A stretch of 64,000 bases of DNA from Enterobacteria phage Ac3, in the sequence record OK040907; one strand, 5' to 3'. This document shows, one piece after another, positions 1 to 9,653 of this stretch. A program made the translations under genes and the position numbers. The first letter of the stretch is position 1; every line of letters begins with the position of its first letter. The notes under the pieces are model-generated. The model was not told the DNA's origin and did no database searches. It saw only the letters and a list, made by a program, of their open reading frames with translations.

Positions 1-17
1 TTTAAAGGTTAACACAA

Positions 18-1583
18 ATGACTATCAAAACTAAAGCTGAACTTTTGAACAAATGGAAGCCATTACTGGAAGGTGAAGGTTTACCGGAAATTGCTAATAG
101 CAAACAAGCGATTATCGCTAAAATCTTTGAAAACCAGGAAAAAGATTTCCAGACAGCTCCGGAATATAAAGACGAAAAAATTGCTCAGGCATTCGGTTCT
201 TTCTTAACAGAAGCTGAAATCGGTGGTGACCACGGTTATAATGCTACTAACATTGCTGCAGGTCAGACTTCTGGCGCGGTAACTCAGATTGGCCCAGCTG
301 TTATGGGTATGGTACGTCGTGCTATTCCTAACCTGATTGCCTTCGATATTTGTGGTGTTCAGCCGATGAACAGCCCGACTGGCCAGGTATTCGCACTGCG
401 CGCAGTATACGGTAAAGACCCAATCGCTTCCGATGCTAAAGAAGCATTCCATCCAATGTATGGTCCAGATGCAATGTTCTCTGGTCAGGGTGCTGCTAAG
501 AAATTCACAGCTCTGGCTGCTAGCACACAAACCACAGTAGGTGATATCTATACTCACTTCTTCCAGGACACTGGTACTGTGTATCTGCAAGCTTCTGCTC
601 AAGTAACAATTAGTGCAAGCGCAACTGACGCAGCTAAATTAGATGCTGAAATTAAGAAACAAATGGAAGCTGGTGTACTGGTAGAAATCGCTGAAGGTAT
701 GGCTACTTCTATCGCTGAACTCCAGGAAGGTTTCAATGGTTCTACCGATAACCCATGGAATGAAATGGGCTTCCGTATCGATAAGCAAGTTATCGAAGCT
801 AAATCTCGTCAGCTGAAAGCTGCTTACTCTATCGAATTAGCACAGGACCTCCGCGCTGTTCACGGTATGGATGCTGATGCTGAACTGTCTGGCATTCTGG
901 CTACAGAAATTATGCTGGAAATCAACCGCGAAGTTGTTGATTGGATTAACTACTCAGCTCAGGTTGGTAAATCTGGTATGACCCTGACTCCGGGTTCTAA
1001 AGCTGGTGTATTTGACTTCCAGGACCCAATCGATATTCGTGGTGCTCGCTGGGCAGGTGAATCCTTTAAAGCTCTGTTGTTCCAGATTGACAAAGAAGCA
1101 GTTGAAATTGCTCGTCAGACTGGTCGCGGCGAAGGTAACTTCATTATCGCTTCCCGTAACGTAGTTAACGTTCTGGCTTCAGTTGATACCGGCATTTCTT
1201 ATGCTGCACAGGGTCTGGCTACTGGCTTTAACACTGATACTACCAAGTCAGTATTTGCTGGTGTTCTGGGTGGTAAATACCGTGTATATATCGACCAGTA
1301 TGCTAAACAGGATTATTTCACTGTAGGTTATAAAGGTCCGAACGAAATGGATGCTGGTATTTACTACGCTCCATATGTAGCTCTGACTCCACTGCGTGGT
1401 TCTGATCCGAAGAACTTCCAACCAGTAATGGGATTCAAAACTCGTTACGGTATCGGTATCAACCCATTTGCAGAATCCGCTGCTCAGGCTCCGGCTTCTC
1501 GCATTCAGAGTGGTATGCCTTCTATCCTGAACAGCCTTGGTAAGAACGCTTACTTCCGCCGTGTATATGTTAAAGGTATCTAA
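18..1583 (+). CDS. 23: major capsid protein gp23
   Basis: 521-aa ORF; N-terminus MTIKTKAELLNKWKPLLEGEG recognised as T4 gp23; length matches T4; hairpin terminator follows. Confidence 0.97.
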   Translation: MTIKTKAELLNKWKPLLEGEGLPEIANSKQAIIAKIFENQEKDFQTAPEYKDEKIAQAFGSFLTEAEIGGDHGYNATNIAAGQTSGAVTQIGPAVMGMVRRAIPNLIAFDICGVQPMNSPTGQVFALRAVYGKDPIASDAKEAFHPMYGPDAMFSGQGAAKKFTALAASTQTTVGDIYTHFFQDTGTVYLQASAQVTISASATDAAKLDAEIKKQMEAGVLVEIAEGMATSIAELQEGFNGSTDNPWNEMGFRIDKQVIEAKSRQLKAAYSIELAQDLRAVHGMDADAELSGILATEIMLEINREVVDWINYSAQVGKSGMTLTPGSKAGVFDFQDPIDIRGARWAGESFKALLFQIDKEAVEIARQTGRGEGNFIIASRNVVNVLASVDTGISYAAQGLATGFNTDTTKSVFAGVLGGKYRVYIDQYAKQDYFTVGYKGPNEMDAGIYYAPYVALTPLRGSDPKNFQPVMGFKTRYGIGINPFAESAAQAPASRIQSGMPSILNSLGKNAYFRRVYVKGI

Positions 1584-1598
1584 TCTTTGACGATTTAA

Positions 1599-1626
1599 GG
1601 GACCTTCGGGTCCCTTTAGTTGTTTT
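1599..1626 (+). terminator. hairpin GGGACC-TTCG-GGTCCC plus T-run after gene 23
   Basis: perfect 6-bp stem with TTCG tetraloop followed by T-rich tract. Confidence 0.6.
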
Positions 1627-1631
1627 TATGG

Positions 1632-1639
1632 TATAAATA
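1632..1639 (+). promoter_or_regulatory. T4-type late promoter TATAAATA upstream of gene 24
   Basis: exact TATAAATA about 28 nt upstream of the gene 24 start codon. Confidence 0.7.
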
Positions 1640-1666
1640 AATCATATAAACCAAAAGGAAAGCGCA

Positions 1667-2950
1667 ATGGCTAAAATCAACGAACTTCTGCGCGAATCAA
1701 CCACAACGAATAGCAACTCAATCGGTCGCCCAAATCTCGTTGCTTTGACTCGCGCTACCACTAAATTAATATATTCTGACATTGTAGCAACGCAAAGAAC
1801 TAATCAACCTGTTGCTGCTTTTTATGGTATCAAATACCTTAACCCAGACAACGAATTTACATTTAAAACTGGTGCTACTTATGCTGGCGAAGCTGGATAT
1901 GTAGACCGAGAACAAATCACAGAATTAACAGAAGAGTCTAAATTAACTCTCAATAAAGGCGATTTATTCAAATATAATAATATCGTTTATAAAGTATTAG
2001 AAGATACACCATTTGCTGATATTGAAGAAAGTGATTTAGAATTAGCTCTTCAGATTGCAATTGTTCTTTTAAAGGTTCGTCTATTTTCTGACGCGGCGTC
2101 AACAAGCAAATTTGAAAGCTCTGATAGTGAAATTGCGGATGCTAGATTCCAGATTAATAAATGGCAAACCGCAGTTAAATCTCGTAAACTTAAAACTGGT
2201 ATCACAGTTGAATTAGCACAAGATTTAGAAGCAAATGGATTCGATGCTCCTAATTTCTTGGAAGATTTGCTTGCAACTGAAATGGCAGATGAAATCAATA
2301 AAGATATTCTGCAGTCTTTGATTACAGTATCAAAACGTTATAAAGTTACAGGAATTACTGATACTGGATTCATTGATTTGAGTTATGCATCTGCACCTGA
2401 AGCTGGTCGTTCATTATACCGAATGGTATGTGAAATGGTTTCGCATATCCAAAAAGAATCAACTTATACAGCAACGTTCTGTGTTGCTTCAGCTCGTGCC
2501 GCTGCGATTCTTGCTGCATCAGGTTGGTTAAAACATAAACCAGAAGATGATAAGTATCTTTCACAAAATGCCTACGGGTTCTTAGCTAATGGTTTACCGC
2601 TTTATTGCGATACTAACAGCCCATTAGATTATGTAATCGTTGGCGTAGTAGAAAATATCGGTGAAAAAGAAATTGTTGGATCAATTTTCTATGCTCCGTA
2701 TACAGAAGGTCTCGACTTAGATGACCCTGAACATGTAGGTGCATTTAAAGTTGTTGTTGATCCAGAAAGCTTGCAACCGTCTATCGGTTTATTAGTTAGA
2801 TATGCTTTATCTGCAAATCCTTATACTGTAGCAAAAGATGAAAAAGAAGCAAGAGTAATTGACGGTGGAGACATGGATAAAATGGCGGGTCGTTCAGATT
2901 TGTCTGTTTTATTAGGTGTTAAATTACCAAAAATTATTATCGATGAATAA
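1667..2950 (+). CDS. 24: capsid vertex protein gp24
   Basis: 427-aa ORF paralogous to gp23 region; length equals T4 gp24; directly downstream of gene 23. Confidence 0.93.
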   Translation: MAKINELLRESTTTNSNSIGRPNLVALTRATTKLIYSDIVATQRTNQPVAAFYGIKYLNPDNEFTFKTGATYAGEAGYVDREQITELTEESKLTLNKGDLFKYNNIVYKVLEDTPFADIEESDLELALQIAIVLLKVRLFSDAASTSKFESSDSEIADARFQINKWQTAVKSRKLKTGITVELAQDLEANGFDAPNFLEDLLATEMADEINKDILQSLITVSKRYKVTGITDTGFIDLSYASAPEAGRSLYRMVCEMVSHIQKESTYTATFCVASARAAAILAASGWLKHKPEDDKYLSQNAYGFLANGLPLYCDTNSPLDYVIVGVVENIGEKEIVGSIFYAPYTEGLDLDDPEHVGAFKVVVDPESLQPSIGLLVRYALSANPYTVAKDEKEARVIDGGDMDKMAGRSDLSVLLGVKLPKIIIDE

Positions 2951-2956
2951 AACAAA

Positions 2957-2981
2957 GGGACCGAAAGGTCCCTTTTTATTT
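2957..2981 (+). terminator. hairpin GGGACC-GAAA-GGTCCC plus TTTTT after gene 24
   Basis: perfect stem-loop followed by T-run; lies between convergent genes 24 and rnlB. Confidence 0.6.
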
Positions 2982-3984
2982 AGCTCACCAACTCAATCCA
3001 AGCTGGACGAAGTACATCTTGCACCATTTTAACTAATTCCTTTTTAATCAAAGAAGGATTATCTGCTTGAGTTAGAGTAATACCTTCACGAGAAGTTTCT
3101 TCCAAAATATCTTGGACAGTTAGCCCCATCACCTTTCCAAAATCCTTTGGACCAATTTCGCCAATTTTAGAAATAACGTTATTTACTCGGTTCAGTGTAA
3201 CGTAACAAGCTAAAATTCCCACCAATTTGTTATCAGCTTCTGACAATTCAACTTTAGCTTTAATAGGCTTATCAGACTTTTTCTTTTCACTAAATTTAGA
3301 ATTCTTGCATTTGATGGCTACACGATTGCGATTAGGCAGCCAAGAAGGATAACAAGGTTTCAATACATATCCTTCAGCGGTAAATACTTCGCCTTTGGCT
3401 TCGGCATTCCAAACGCATTTATTTGCATCAACTAATCCAGCATGGTCTACTGTAAAATTATAATCTTGGACGACAGAATCTAAATCATTTGGCAATTTAA
3501 TAAGCTCTTCAAATTTACCGCGGCCTAAAAGTGGAGCGATTTTAAACCCAAATGAATTACAAAATGATTCCATCATATAATCATCGACATAAGTCACATC
3601 GCCACTTTCTGTAGTGACAATAATGTCAAATACATAAAAATCTTTATCGCCATAATCAACATTCTTCTGAATGCCAGGTCCAGCGAATTCGCCAAAAACT
3701 TGATAAGATACAACCGCTGAAATTTCCATAATATCTTGTACTGCTTTAATGGAATCAGCGTAATTCTTTAGAATAATTTCATACCCAAAGAAATCTTCAG
3801 CAGGAAGAATCGGTCCAGTACGTTTAGCGCAAGTTACTTTATCACGCTCAATAATCAATGAGAAATTTGTGCCGTGAATCTTTTCACGAGCTACCCATTC
3901 GCCGCCAGTCAATCCCAAGCTATAAAGTTTTTCAATAAATTTAGAGTTGTAATGATTTTCAAGACTGCTATACTTTTTAAACAT
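2980..3984 (-). CDS. rnlB: RNA ligase 2
   Basis: 334-aa ORF; KIHGTN adenylyltransferase motif I (KxHGxN); length equals T4 Rnl2. Confidence 0.9.
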   Translation of the reverse strand: MFKKYSSLENHYNSKFIEKLYSLGLTGGEWVAREKIHGTNFSLIIERDKVTCAKRTGPILPAEDFFGYEIILKNYADSIKAVQDIMEISAVVSYQVFGEFAGPGIQKNVDYGDKDFYVFDIIVTTESGDVTYVDDYMMESFCNSFGFKIAPLLGRGKFEELIKLPNDLDSVVQDYNFTVDHAGLVDANKCVWNAEAKGEVFTAEGYVLKPCYPSWLPNRNRVAIKCKNSKFSEKKKSDKPIKAKVELSEADNKLVGILACYVTLNRVNNVISKIGEIGPKDFGKVMGLTVQDILEETSREGITLTQADNPSLIKKELVKMVQDVLRPAWIELVS

Positions 3985-3993
3985 AATTAATCC

Positions 3994-4275
3994 TTAAAAT
4001 GTAATTTCTAACCAATCACCATCACGCTGATCACTATTGACTTTAAAATTAAATCCTTCTTTTCTCAGCCAATCACCAATTTCTTCAGTAATCAATTTAT
4101 CACGAGCAGTACAATAATAACTAAAATATGTTTTACCTTGTTCAGCTGCTTTATTAGCAAGTTCTGAAAAATCTTTAATAAAACACTCTAGCTTAAACTG
4201 TTTACTTTTTAATGCTTTTTCACGTAATTGATTAGCAAAAGATTCATTTTCATAAAGATTACACAGTGCCGTTTT
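3994..4275 (-). pseudogene. ATG-less 93-codon AT-rich open frame (possible 5'-disrupted small gene or non-canonical start)
   Basis: open frame with T4-like codon usage (…ELANKAAEQGKTYFSYYCTARDKLITEEIGDWLRKEGFNFKVNSDQRDGDWLEITF) but no in-frame ATG/GTG; begins immediately after a TGA inside the 3' end of the adjacent GC-rich ORF. Confidence 0.3.
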
Positions 4276-4474
4276 TCACCTTTTTGTTGATGTGACGTTT
4301 GCGGTAAACCACTTTTTCGCGGGTTTCGAACTTGTTTTTAGCGGTCATGGCACGTGCCCACAGAACGGCAACTTCTTTGGCCTGCAGGTTCAGTTCACGA
4401 GCAATTTCGATGAAGCTTTTACCGGATTCGTGCAGGGTGAACACTACAACCTCGGTGCGCATAATCAATCTCAT
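4259..4474 (-). CDS. small GC-rich ORF, predicted helix-turn-helix protein with basic C-terminal tail
   Basis: 71-codon ORF (alternative start at second ATG, 4462); ESGKSFIEIARELNLQAKEVAVLW resembles a transposase/regulator-type HTH; composition clearly more G+C-rich than flanks. Confidence 0.5.
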   Translation of the reverse strand: MRLIMRTEVVVFTLHESGKSFIEIARELNLQAKEVAVLWARAMTAKNKFETREKVVYRKRHINKKVKNGTV

Positions 4475-4535
4475 GTTATCGAGTTGGTGCCATTATATAC
4501 ATCATTTTCTGATTGTGTTTTGTGTGCTTTCAAAA

Positions 4536-4556
4536 TGAAAAAGGGGCCGAAGCCCC
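4536..4556 (-). terminator. hairpin GGGGC-TTCG-GCCCC plus T-run after hoc
   Basis: perfect stem-loop on minus strand followed by TTTTTC. Confidence 0.6.
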
Positions 4557-4562
4557 TTTCGA

Positions 4563-5693
4563 TTATGGATAAGTATAGATGATACCAGTTTCTAAAGCAG
4601 TTTTATGGATGATGTATCCATTACGTGATTCTTGAACATCAACTTCTGGATAATCTTTCATCATCTTCTGAAGCGTATAACGATGCAAGTAGTACTTACT
4701 ATCTGGATCTTCAGTTTTCCAATCTTTACCTTCTTCAGTCATTTTTTGGATTTCATCCATAACCCACCAACCGCACCAGATGTAAGCTGAAGTACGATGT
4801 GGAAGAGGATGAACATAAGGTAATTCACCTTCCGGTTCTGGAGCAACTTTATCAGTTACCTGAACTTGACCCGTCGTTTTAACTGTTTTACTATCATAAT
4901 CAGTTGCAGTAACAACTACAGTAACTTCAATAGTTTGACTTCCAATAGATGAGGTATCAACTGTATATACATTAGTTGACCCTTCTACAGGAGAAGAATC
5001 TTTCTTCCATGAATACTCAATTTGCGCTTCTTCTGGAGCATCAGTGACATTAGCGGTAAATGTAGCTGAAGCATCTTGCTGAACGTTAATAGAAGGAGGA
5101 GTCAATGTAACCTGTGGATTCATTGTCTTCTTATTAACTGTTAATGATACTTCATTAGAAGTAACTTCCTTTTCATTGTAATTTTCTGCTGTTACTTGGG
5201 CTACGCATTTAATTCTTTTTACTCCACTTGTAGTTGGAGTATAGCTAAATGTAGAGTTAGTTTCTCCACCAACTTGAGAATCATCTACATACCATTTATA
5301 TGTAGCAGACGCTCCATCAGGTTGAGAAGCTAAGGCAGCAGTAAATTGAACTGGGGTTCCAATTACTCCAGCAGCGGGACTATTGGGAGTTACTGCCAAT
5401 GTAGTTGTCTGAGTTTTGTTTTTGACTGTGATAGTTGTAGTAGCTTCTGCTGTTTCAGCTTCAGATTCTGGAACTGTATTTGTTGCAACAACTTTAATAG
5501 TCTTTTGACCAGCAGGACCTTTTAATACATAATCAAAAGTTGCTTCAGACCCATCTTGTGGAGCATTATCTACACTCCAAGCATAAGTAATAGTTCCACC
5601 TCCAGTTTCACCACTGGGTGCAGCAGTAAACTGCTTGGTTTCATCAATAACCCCTGTCGGTGTTTTAGGAGTTATATCAACTGTAAAAGCCAT
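4563..5693 (-). CDS. hoc: highly immunogenic outer capsid protein Hoc
   Basis: 376-aa ORF, same length as T4 Hoc; T/S/V-rich Ig-like repeat composition; position between rnlB and inh. Confidence 0.88.
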   Translation of the reverse strand: MAFTVDITPKTPTGVIDETKQFTAAPSGETGGGTITYAWSVDNAPQDGSEATFDYVLKGPAGQKTIKVVATNTVPESEAETAEATTTITVKNKTQTTTLAVTPNSPAAGVIGTPVQFTAALASQPDGASATYKWYVDDSQVGGETNSTFSYTPTTSGVKRIKCVAQVTAENYNEKEVTSNEVSLTVNKKTMNPQVTLTPPSINVQQDASATFTANVTDAPEEAQIEYSWKKDSSPVEGSTNVYTVDTSSIGSQTIEVTVVVTATDYDSKTVKTTGQVQVTDKVAPEPEGELPYVHPLPHRTSAYIWCGWWVMDEIQKMTEEGKDWKTEDPDSKYYLHRYTLQKMMKDYPEVDVQESRNGYIIHKTALETGIIYTYP

Positions 5694-5702
5694 AAGTTAT
5701 CC

Positions 5703-6383
5703 TTATTTTAATGTTACGAAAGAAGAATTGCGTGTTTCACGAATTAAAACTGATCCGTCGCGATTAATGTAATAAATTAAGCTAAACAAAGTTTGGTGTG
5801 CTGACGCGTGTTCAAAACTAGTTGGATGAGATTTCCAATCAGGAGTTTCAGCGATCCATTGATAAATCCACCAAGGAACCGTACAGAATCCTGGATTTTT
5901 CCCCAATAATTGAAGATTCGGGCTAAAGTTTTCCGGAAGAGTAAATACAGACGGCTTTTCAGATTCAATAATCTTATCTACAGCTTGTTCAAACTTTTCT
6001 TCAACAAAAGGAGTGTCTTCAATCAAAACATCAGTATTTTCAGGAATTTTATCCGTTTCTACCACTTCAATTTTAATATCAGATTTAACTGGAGAATCAA
6101 TCAGAAGTGCTGCTTCTGGATTAACTTCTTCATCGTCATATTTTAATCCCTCTGCAGCATCAGCAGCATCAATTAAGTCTTTAATAGATAACCCATCAGT
6201 CTCTGGCATAGGTTCACTAGCGAGCTTCTGGAGGGCTTCTTCAATATCAACAACGATATTATCAAAAGATTTATTCTTTTTGACCTTTATACCAAATTGC
6301 TCAGCATATTCAGCTAATTTAGCTTTAGCTTCTTTATTATCATCAAGAGCCTTTAACTCTGCAATATAATCTTTATCTATCAT
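5703..6383 (-). CDS. inh: inhibitor of prohead protease Inh
   Basis: 226-aa acidic ORF in the T4 inh position between hoc and uvsW. Confidence 0.75.
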   Translation of the reverse strand: MIDKDYIAELKALDDNKEAKAKLAEYAEQFGIKVKKNKSFDNIVVDIEEALQKLASEPMPETDGLSIKDLIDAADAAEGLKYDDEEVNPEAALLIDSPVKSDIKIEVVETDKIPENTDVLIEDTPFVEEKFEQAVDKIIESEKPSVFTLPENFSPNLQLLGKNPGFCTVPWWIYQWIAETPDWKSHPTSFEHASAHQTLFSLIYYINRDGSVLIRETRNSSFVTLK

Positions 6384-6406
6384 AATATTTCCTCAGTATA
6401 AATATA

Positions 6407-6414
6407 GATATATT
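6407..6414 (+). promoter_or_regulatory. T4-type late promoter TATAAATA upstream of uvsW
   Basis: exact TATAAATA about 20 nt upstream of the uvsW start. Confidence 0.65.
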
Positions 6415-6433
6415 TATTACATGGTATTTAGAC

Positions 6434-7945
6434 ATGACTGACATTAAAGTACATTTTTATGATTTTAGTCACGTGAGAATTGATTGTGAAGAAAGTACAT
6501 TTCATGAACTCCGTGATTTCTTTAGCTTCGAAGCTGATGGGTATCGTTTTAATCCGAAATACAAATATGGCCACTGGGATGGACGAATCCGTCTTTTAGA
6601 TTATAATCGTCTTCTTCCATTCGGCTTAGTCGGGCAAATTAAAAAGTTCTGTGATAACTTTGGCTATAAAGCCTGGATTGACCCACAAATTAACGAAAAA
6701 GAAGAATTATCAAGAAAAGATTTTGATGAATGGCTTTCTAAATTAGAAATCTATTCAGGAAATAAAAGAATTGAACCACACTGGTATCAAAAAGATGCAG
6801 TGTTCGAAGGATTAGTTAATCGTCGTAGAATTCTTAATCTTCCAACATCCGCTGGTAAATCTTTAATTCAGGCTCTGCTCGCTCGGTATTATTTGGAAAA
6901 TTACGAAGGTAAAATTCTTATCATTGTTCCAACAACTGCTCTAACAACTCAGATGGCTGATGACTTCGTTGACTATCGTTTATTCAGTCATGCAATGATA
7001 AAGAAAATTGGTGGCGGAGCATCAAAAGATGATAAATATAAAAATGATGCACCAGTCGTTGTTGGTACATGGCAAACTGTAGTTAAACAACCAAAAGAAT
7101 GGTTCTCACAGTTTGGAATGATGATGAATGATGAATGTCATCTTGCTACAGGAAAAAGTATTTCATCTATCATATCAGGTTTAAATAACTGCATGTTCAA
7201 ATTTGGTCTATCTGGTTCATTACGTGATGGCAAAGCCAATATCATGCAGTATGTTGGAATGTTTGGTGAAATATTTAAGCCAGTAACGACTTCTAAGTTA
7301 ATGGAAGATGGACAAGTAACTGAGCTAAAAATTAATAGTATTTTTCTTCGCTATCCCGATGAGTTCACTACTAAATTAAAGGGAAAAACTTATCAAGAAG
7401 AAATAAAAATTATTACGGGGCTTAGTAAAAGAAATAAATGGATCGCTAAATTAGCTATTAAGCTTGCGCAAAAAGATGAAAACGCTTTTGTCATGTTTAA
7501 ACATGTATCACATGGTAAAGCTATTTTCGATTTAATTAAAAATGAATATGATAAAGTTTATTACGTATCAGGGGAAGTTGATACCGAAACCCGCAATATA
7601 ATGAAAACCTTAGCTGAAAATGGTAAAGGAATAATTATAGTAGCTAGTTATGGTGTATTTTCTACTGGTATTTCAGTTAAAAATCTGCACCACGTTGTTT
7701 TAGCACACGGTGTTAAATCAAAAATCATTGTATTACAAACAATCGGTCGTGTATTACGTAAGCATGGTTCTAAGACAATAGCAACAGTCTGGGACCTCAT
7801 AGATGATTGTGGTGTTAAGCCAAAATCTGCTAATACGAAAAAGAAATATGTTCATTTGAACTATCTTTTAAAACACGGCATTGATCGTATTCAGCGCTAC
7901 GCAGATGAAAAATTTAATTACGTAATGAAAACAGTTAATTTATAA
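6434..7945 (+). CDS. uvsW: UvsW DNA/RNA helicase (SF2)
   Basis: 503-aa ORF; Walker A-like LPTSAGKS and DExH-like NDECH motifs; T4 gene order. Confidence 0.92.
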   Translation: MTDIKVHFYDFSHVRIDCEESTFHELRDFFSFEADGYRFNPKYKYGHWDGRIRLLDYNRLLPFGLVGQIKKFCDNFGYKAWIDPQINEKEELSRKDFDEWLSKLEIYSGNKRIEPHWYQKDAVFEGLVNRRRILNLPTSAGKSLIQALLARYYLENYEGKILIIVPTTALTTQMADDFVDYRLFSHAMIKKIGGGASKDDKYKNDAPVVVGTWQTVVKQPKEWFSQFGMMMNDECHLATGKSISSIISGLNNCMFKFGLSGSLRDGKANIMQYVGMFGEIFKPVTTSKLMEDGQVTELKINSIFLRYPDEFTTKLKGKTYQEEIKIITGLSKRNKWIAKLAIKLAQKDENAFVMFKHVSHGKAIFDLIKNEYDKVYYVSGEVDTETRNIMKTLAENGKGIIIVASYGVFSTGISVKNLHHVVLAHGVKSKIIVLQTIGRVLRKHGSKTIATVWDLIDDCGVKPKSANTKKKYVHLNYLLKHGIDRIQRYADEKFNYVMKTVNL

Positions 7946-7958
7946 GGGCTTCGGCCCT

Positions 7959-8201
7959 TTGGAGAAAAAGATGTTACTAGAATTTAAACAATTTCTTTAT
8001 GAAGCTTCTATTGATGAATTTATGGGTAAAATTGCCTCTTGCCAAACGATAGAAGGTTTAGAAGAACTTGAAGCTTATTATAAGAAAAGAGTTAAAGAAA
8101 CTGAATTAAAAGATACTGATGACATCTCAGTCAGAGATGCTTTGGCAGGAAAAAGAGCTGAATTAGAAGATTCAGACGATGAAGTAGAAGAAAGCTTTTA
8201 A
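7959..8201 (+). CDS. uvsW.1: UvsW.1 small acidic protein
   Basis: 80-aa ORF immediately after uvsW as in T4. Confidence 0.75.
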   Translation: MEKKMLLEFKQFLYEASIDEFMGKIASCQTIEGLEELEAYYKKRVKETELKDTDDISVRDALAGKRAELEDSDDEVEESF

Positions 8202-8256
8202 ATTAAAAAAGGCCCAACCAAAAAGGAAGGGCCAAAACTATAGACTAAAGGTCACA

Positions 8257-8424
8257 CTATAGCAAAAGTTGTGTTTCATTTAATTGTTCTTCCGAACTTT
8301 CTGAAACTGGTAGTTCTTTAATGTAATTATAGCAAGGCCCAGGATGTACAGGACCTTTGTCTGTTTCAACAACCAATGCAGAATCGATTGGAGTTTTACA
8401 GACAACACAAATCTTATCTGACAT
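8257..8424 (-). CDS. small Cys-containing protein (55 aa), not in the ORF track
   Basis: hand-translated MSDKICVVCKTPIDSALVVETDKGPVHPGPCYNYIKELPVSESSEEQLNETQLLL; TATAAATA on minus strand about 30 nt upstream. Confidence 0.5.
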   Translation of the reverse strand: MSDKICVVCKTPIDSALVVETDKGPVHPGPCYNYIKELPVSESSEEQLNETQLLL

Positions 8425-8449
8425 GATTGTCTCCTCTGAATTATATATC

Positions 8450-8457
8450 TATTTATA
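8450..8457 (-). promoter_or_regulatory. T4-type late promoter TATAAATA (minus strand)
   Basis: reverse complement of TATTTATA reads TATAAATA upstream of the 55-aa ORF. Confidence 0.5.
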
Positions 8458-8547
8458 ACCCCATCTTAAAGCGCATTTCTTGTACACGCTTTAAACATGC
8501 TTCCATTTCTGCTAAAAGTCTAAATACTTCTTTATAATTTGTCATAT

Positions 8548-8775
8548 TTACCCCATATCTCTCATATGCATATCAATGCCCATATCTTTAGAATAAAAAT
8601 ATTCATCAAGATATCCGGCAAATTTTCCTTTAATATAAAGGACATCTTCACCACACGGGTGGTCGGCCAGGATACGAATATCCTGACGCTTAAGATTATG
8701 CTTTTTCATTAAGAATTGAATTTCCGTTTCAAATTCTTCTTCATAATTAAAAGCGTCATCAATGTTATATCTCAT
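8548..8775 (-). CDS. small protein upstream-adjacent to uvsY (uvsY.-2-like)
   Basis: 75-aa ORF abutting uvsY. Confidence 0.6.
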   Translation of the reverse strand: MRYNIDDAFNYEEEFETEIQFLMKKHNLKRQDIRILADHPCGEDVLYIKGKFAGYLDEYFYSKDMGIDMHMRDMG

Positions 8776-9188
8776 TATTTTCCAGCCTCAAATGCCCGCA
8801 TGTCTTGAATATGCTTAATAGCAAATCCTCGTGATTTGATAGCATCAAGAGCTCCGCTACAGAAATCTAATAAAATTCCCCAATATTGTAATGAAGTATC
8901 AACCTTTAAAACATCCTTATCAGCTGATAGAACTGTTTTCATTTCTGATTTCTCGTAACGATCCATACTAAATTCATCACCATCTCCTCGTCCCGAGTAG
9001 TAGTCTAATTTAGCTTTAAGAGCAACTTTTTTCTGTGCTTCAATTCTAAGCATTTCCTTTTTAATACTTGAATGCTTATTAAGCCATTTACTATATAACA
9101 TCACATTATTAGCTGCTTCATACTGTAATTTAGTCGAATCTATAAACACATCTTTCTTCAATTCTTCTTGAAGATCTTCTAATCTCAT
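8775..9188 (-). CDS. uvsY: recombination mediator UvsY
   Basis: 137-aa ORF, same length as T4 UvsY; N-terminus MRLEDLQEELKKD. Confidence 0.9.
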   Translation of the reverse strand: MRLEDLQEELKKDVFIDSTKLQYEAANNVMLYSKWLNKHSSIKKEMLRIEAQKKVALKAKLDYYSGRGDGDEFSMDRYEKSEMKTVLSADKDVLKVDTSLQYWGILLDFCSGALDAIKSRGFAIKHIQDMRAFEAGK

Positions 9189-9254
9189 ATTGTTCTCTAT
9201 TCAATTGTTATTGGATGGACTTAGATTCATTATACCACGTTTATACGTGAAGCA

Positions 9255-9653
9255 TTATACTCTATTACTGGAAGCCAGTTGTAGTTTTATCTGCTCAATA
9301 TCATCAGGGTTATCGATGACTGAAAAGCGTATTTCTACTATCAAAGTATAATCATCATAAACCGGTATTACATTAACTGCTAATTTATCAATACGTGGCT
9401 CATAGTTTCTTACTGCGCTTTCGATATTACGCTCAACCGTGTCAGCAGTAAGAGGAGTCATATTCTCAAAAAGTTGGTCAGATAAATCGCATCCAAATTC
9501 AGGGTCAAACGGTCTTGAACCTTTTCTTGTTGTAATAATTCCTAAAAGACTATTTTTAATTGACCTTAATCCAAGTGATCTTGAAACGTCTTTGTTCCAA
9601 TCCATTTTCATCTCTGGGTCAATATCAGAATAAAGCTTATTAATATTTGCCAT
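9255..9653 (-). CDS. 25: baseplate wedge protein gp25
   Basis: 132-aa ORF, T4 gp25 length; position upstream of uvsY. Confidence 0.9.
   Translation of the reverse strand: MANINKLYSDIDPEMKMDWNKDVSRSLGLRSIKNSLLGIITTRKGSRPFDPEFGCDLSDQLFENMTPLTADTVERNIESAVRNYEPRIDKLAVNVIPVYDDYTLIVEIRFSVIDNPDDIEQIKLQLASSNRV

Noticed and set aside
204-602. 132-aa antisense ORF inside gene 23
   Set aside because: Lies entirely within the well-supported major capsid gene on the opposite strand; no promoter or ribosome-binding site; typical spurious frame.
4259-4290. Programmed frameshift joining the GC-rich ORF to the downstream ATG-less frame
   Set aside because: The A-rich stretch AAC AAA AAG GTG AAA AAC would shift into the wrong (-1) frame, which terminates quickly; the long open frame is +1 and there is no suitable slippery site at the TAA.
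5777-6369. Three ORFs (63, 78, 118 aa) overlapping inh on both strands
   Set aside because: All overlap the inh coding region; translations are low-complexity (Phe/Asn/Ser-rich); inh itself fits T4 order and length.
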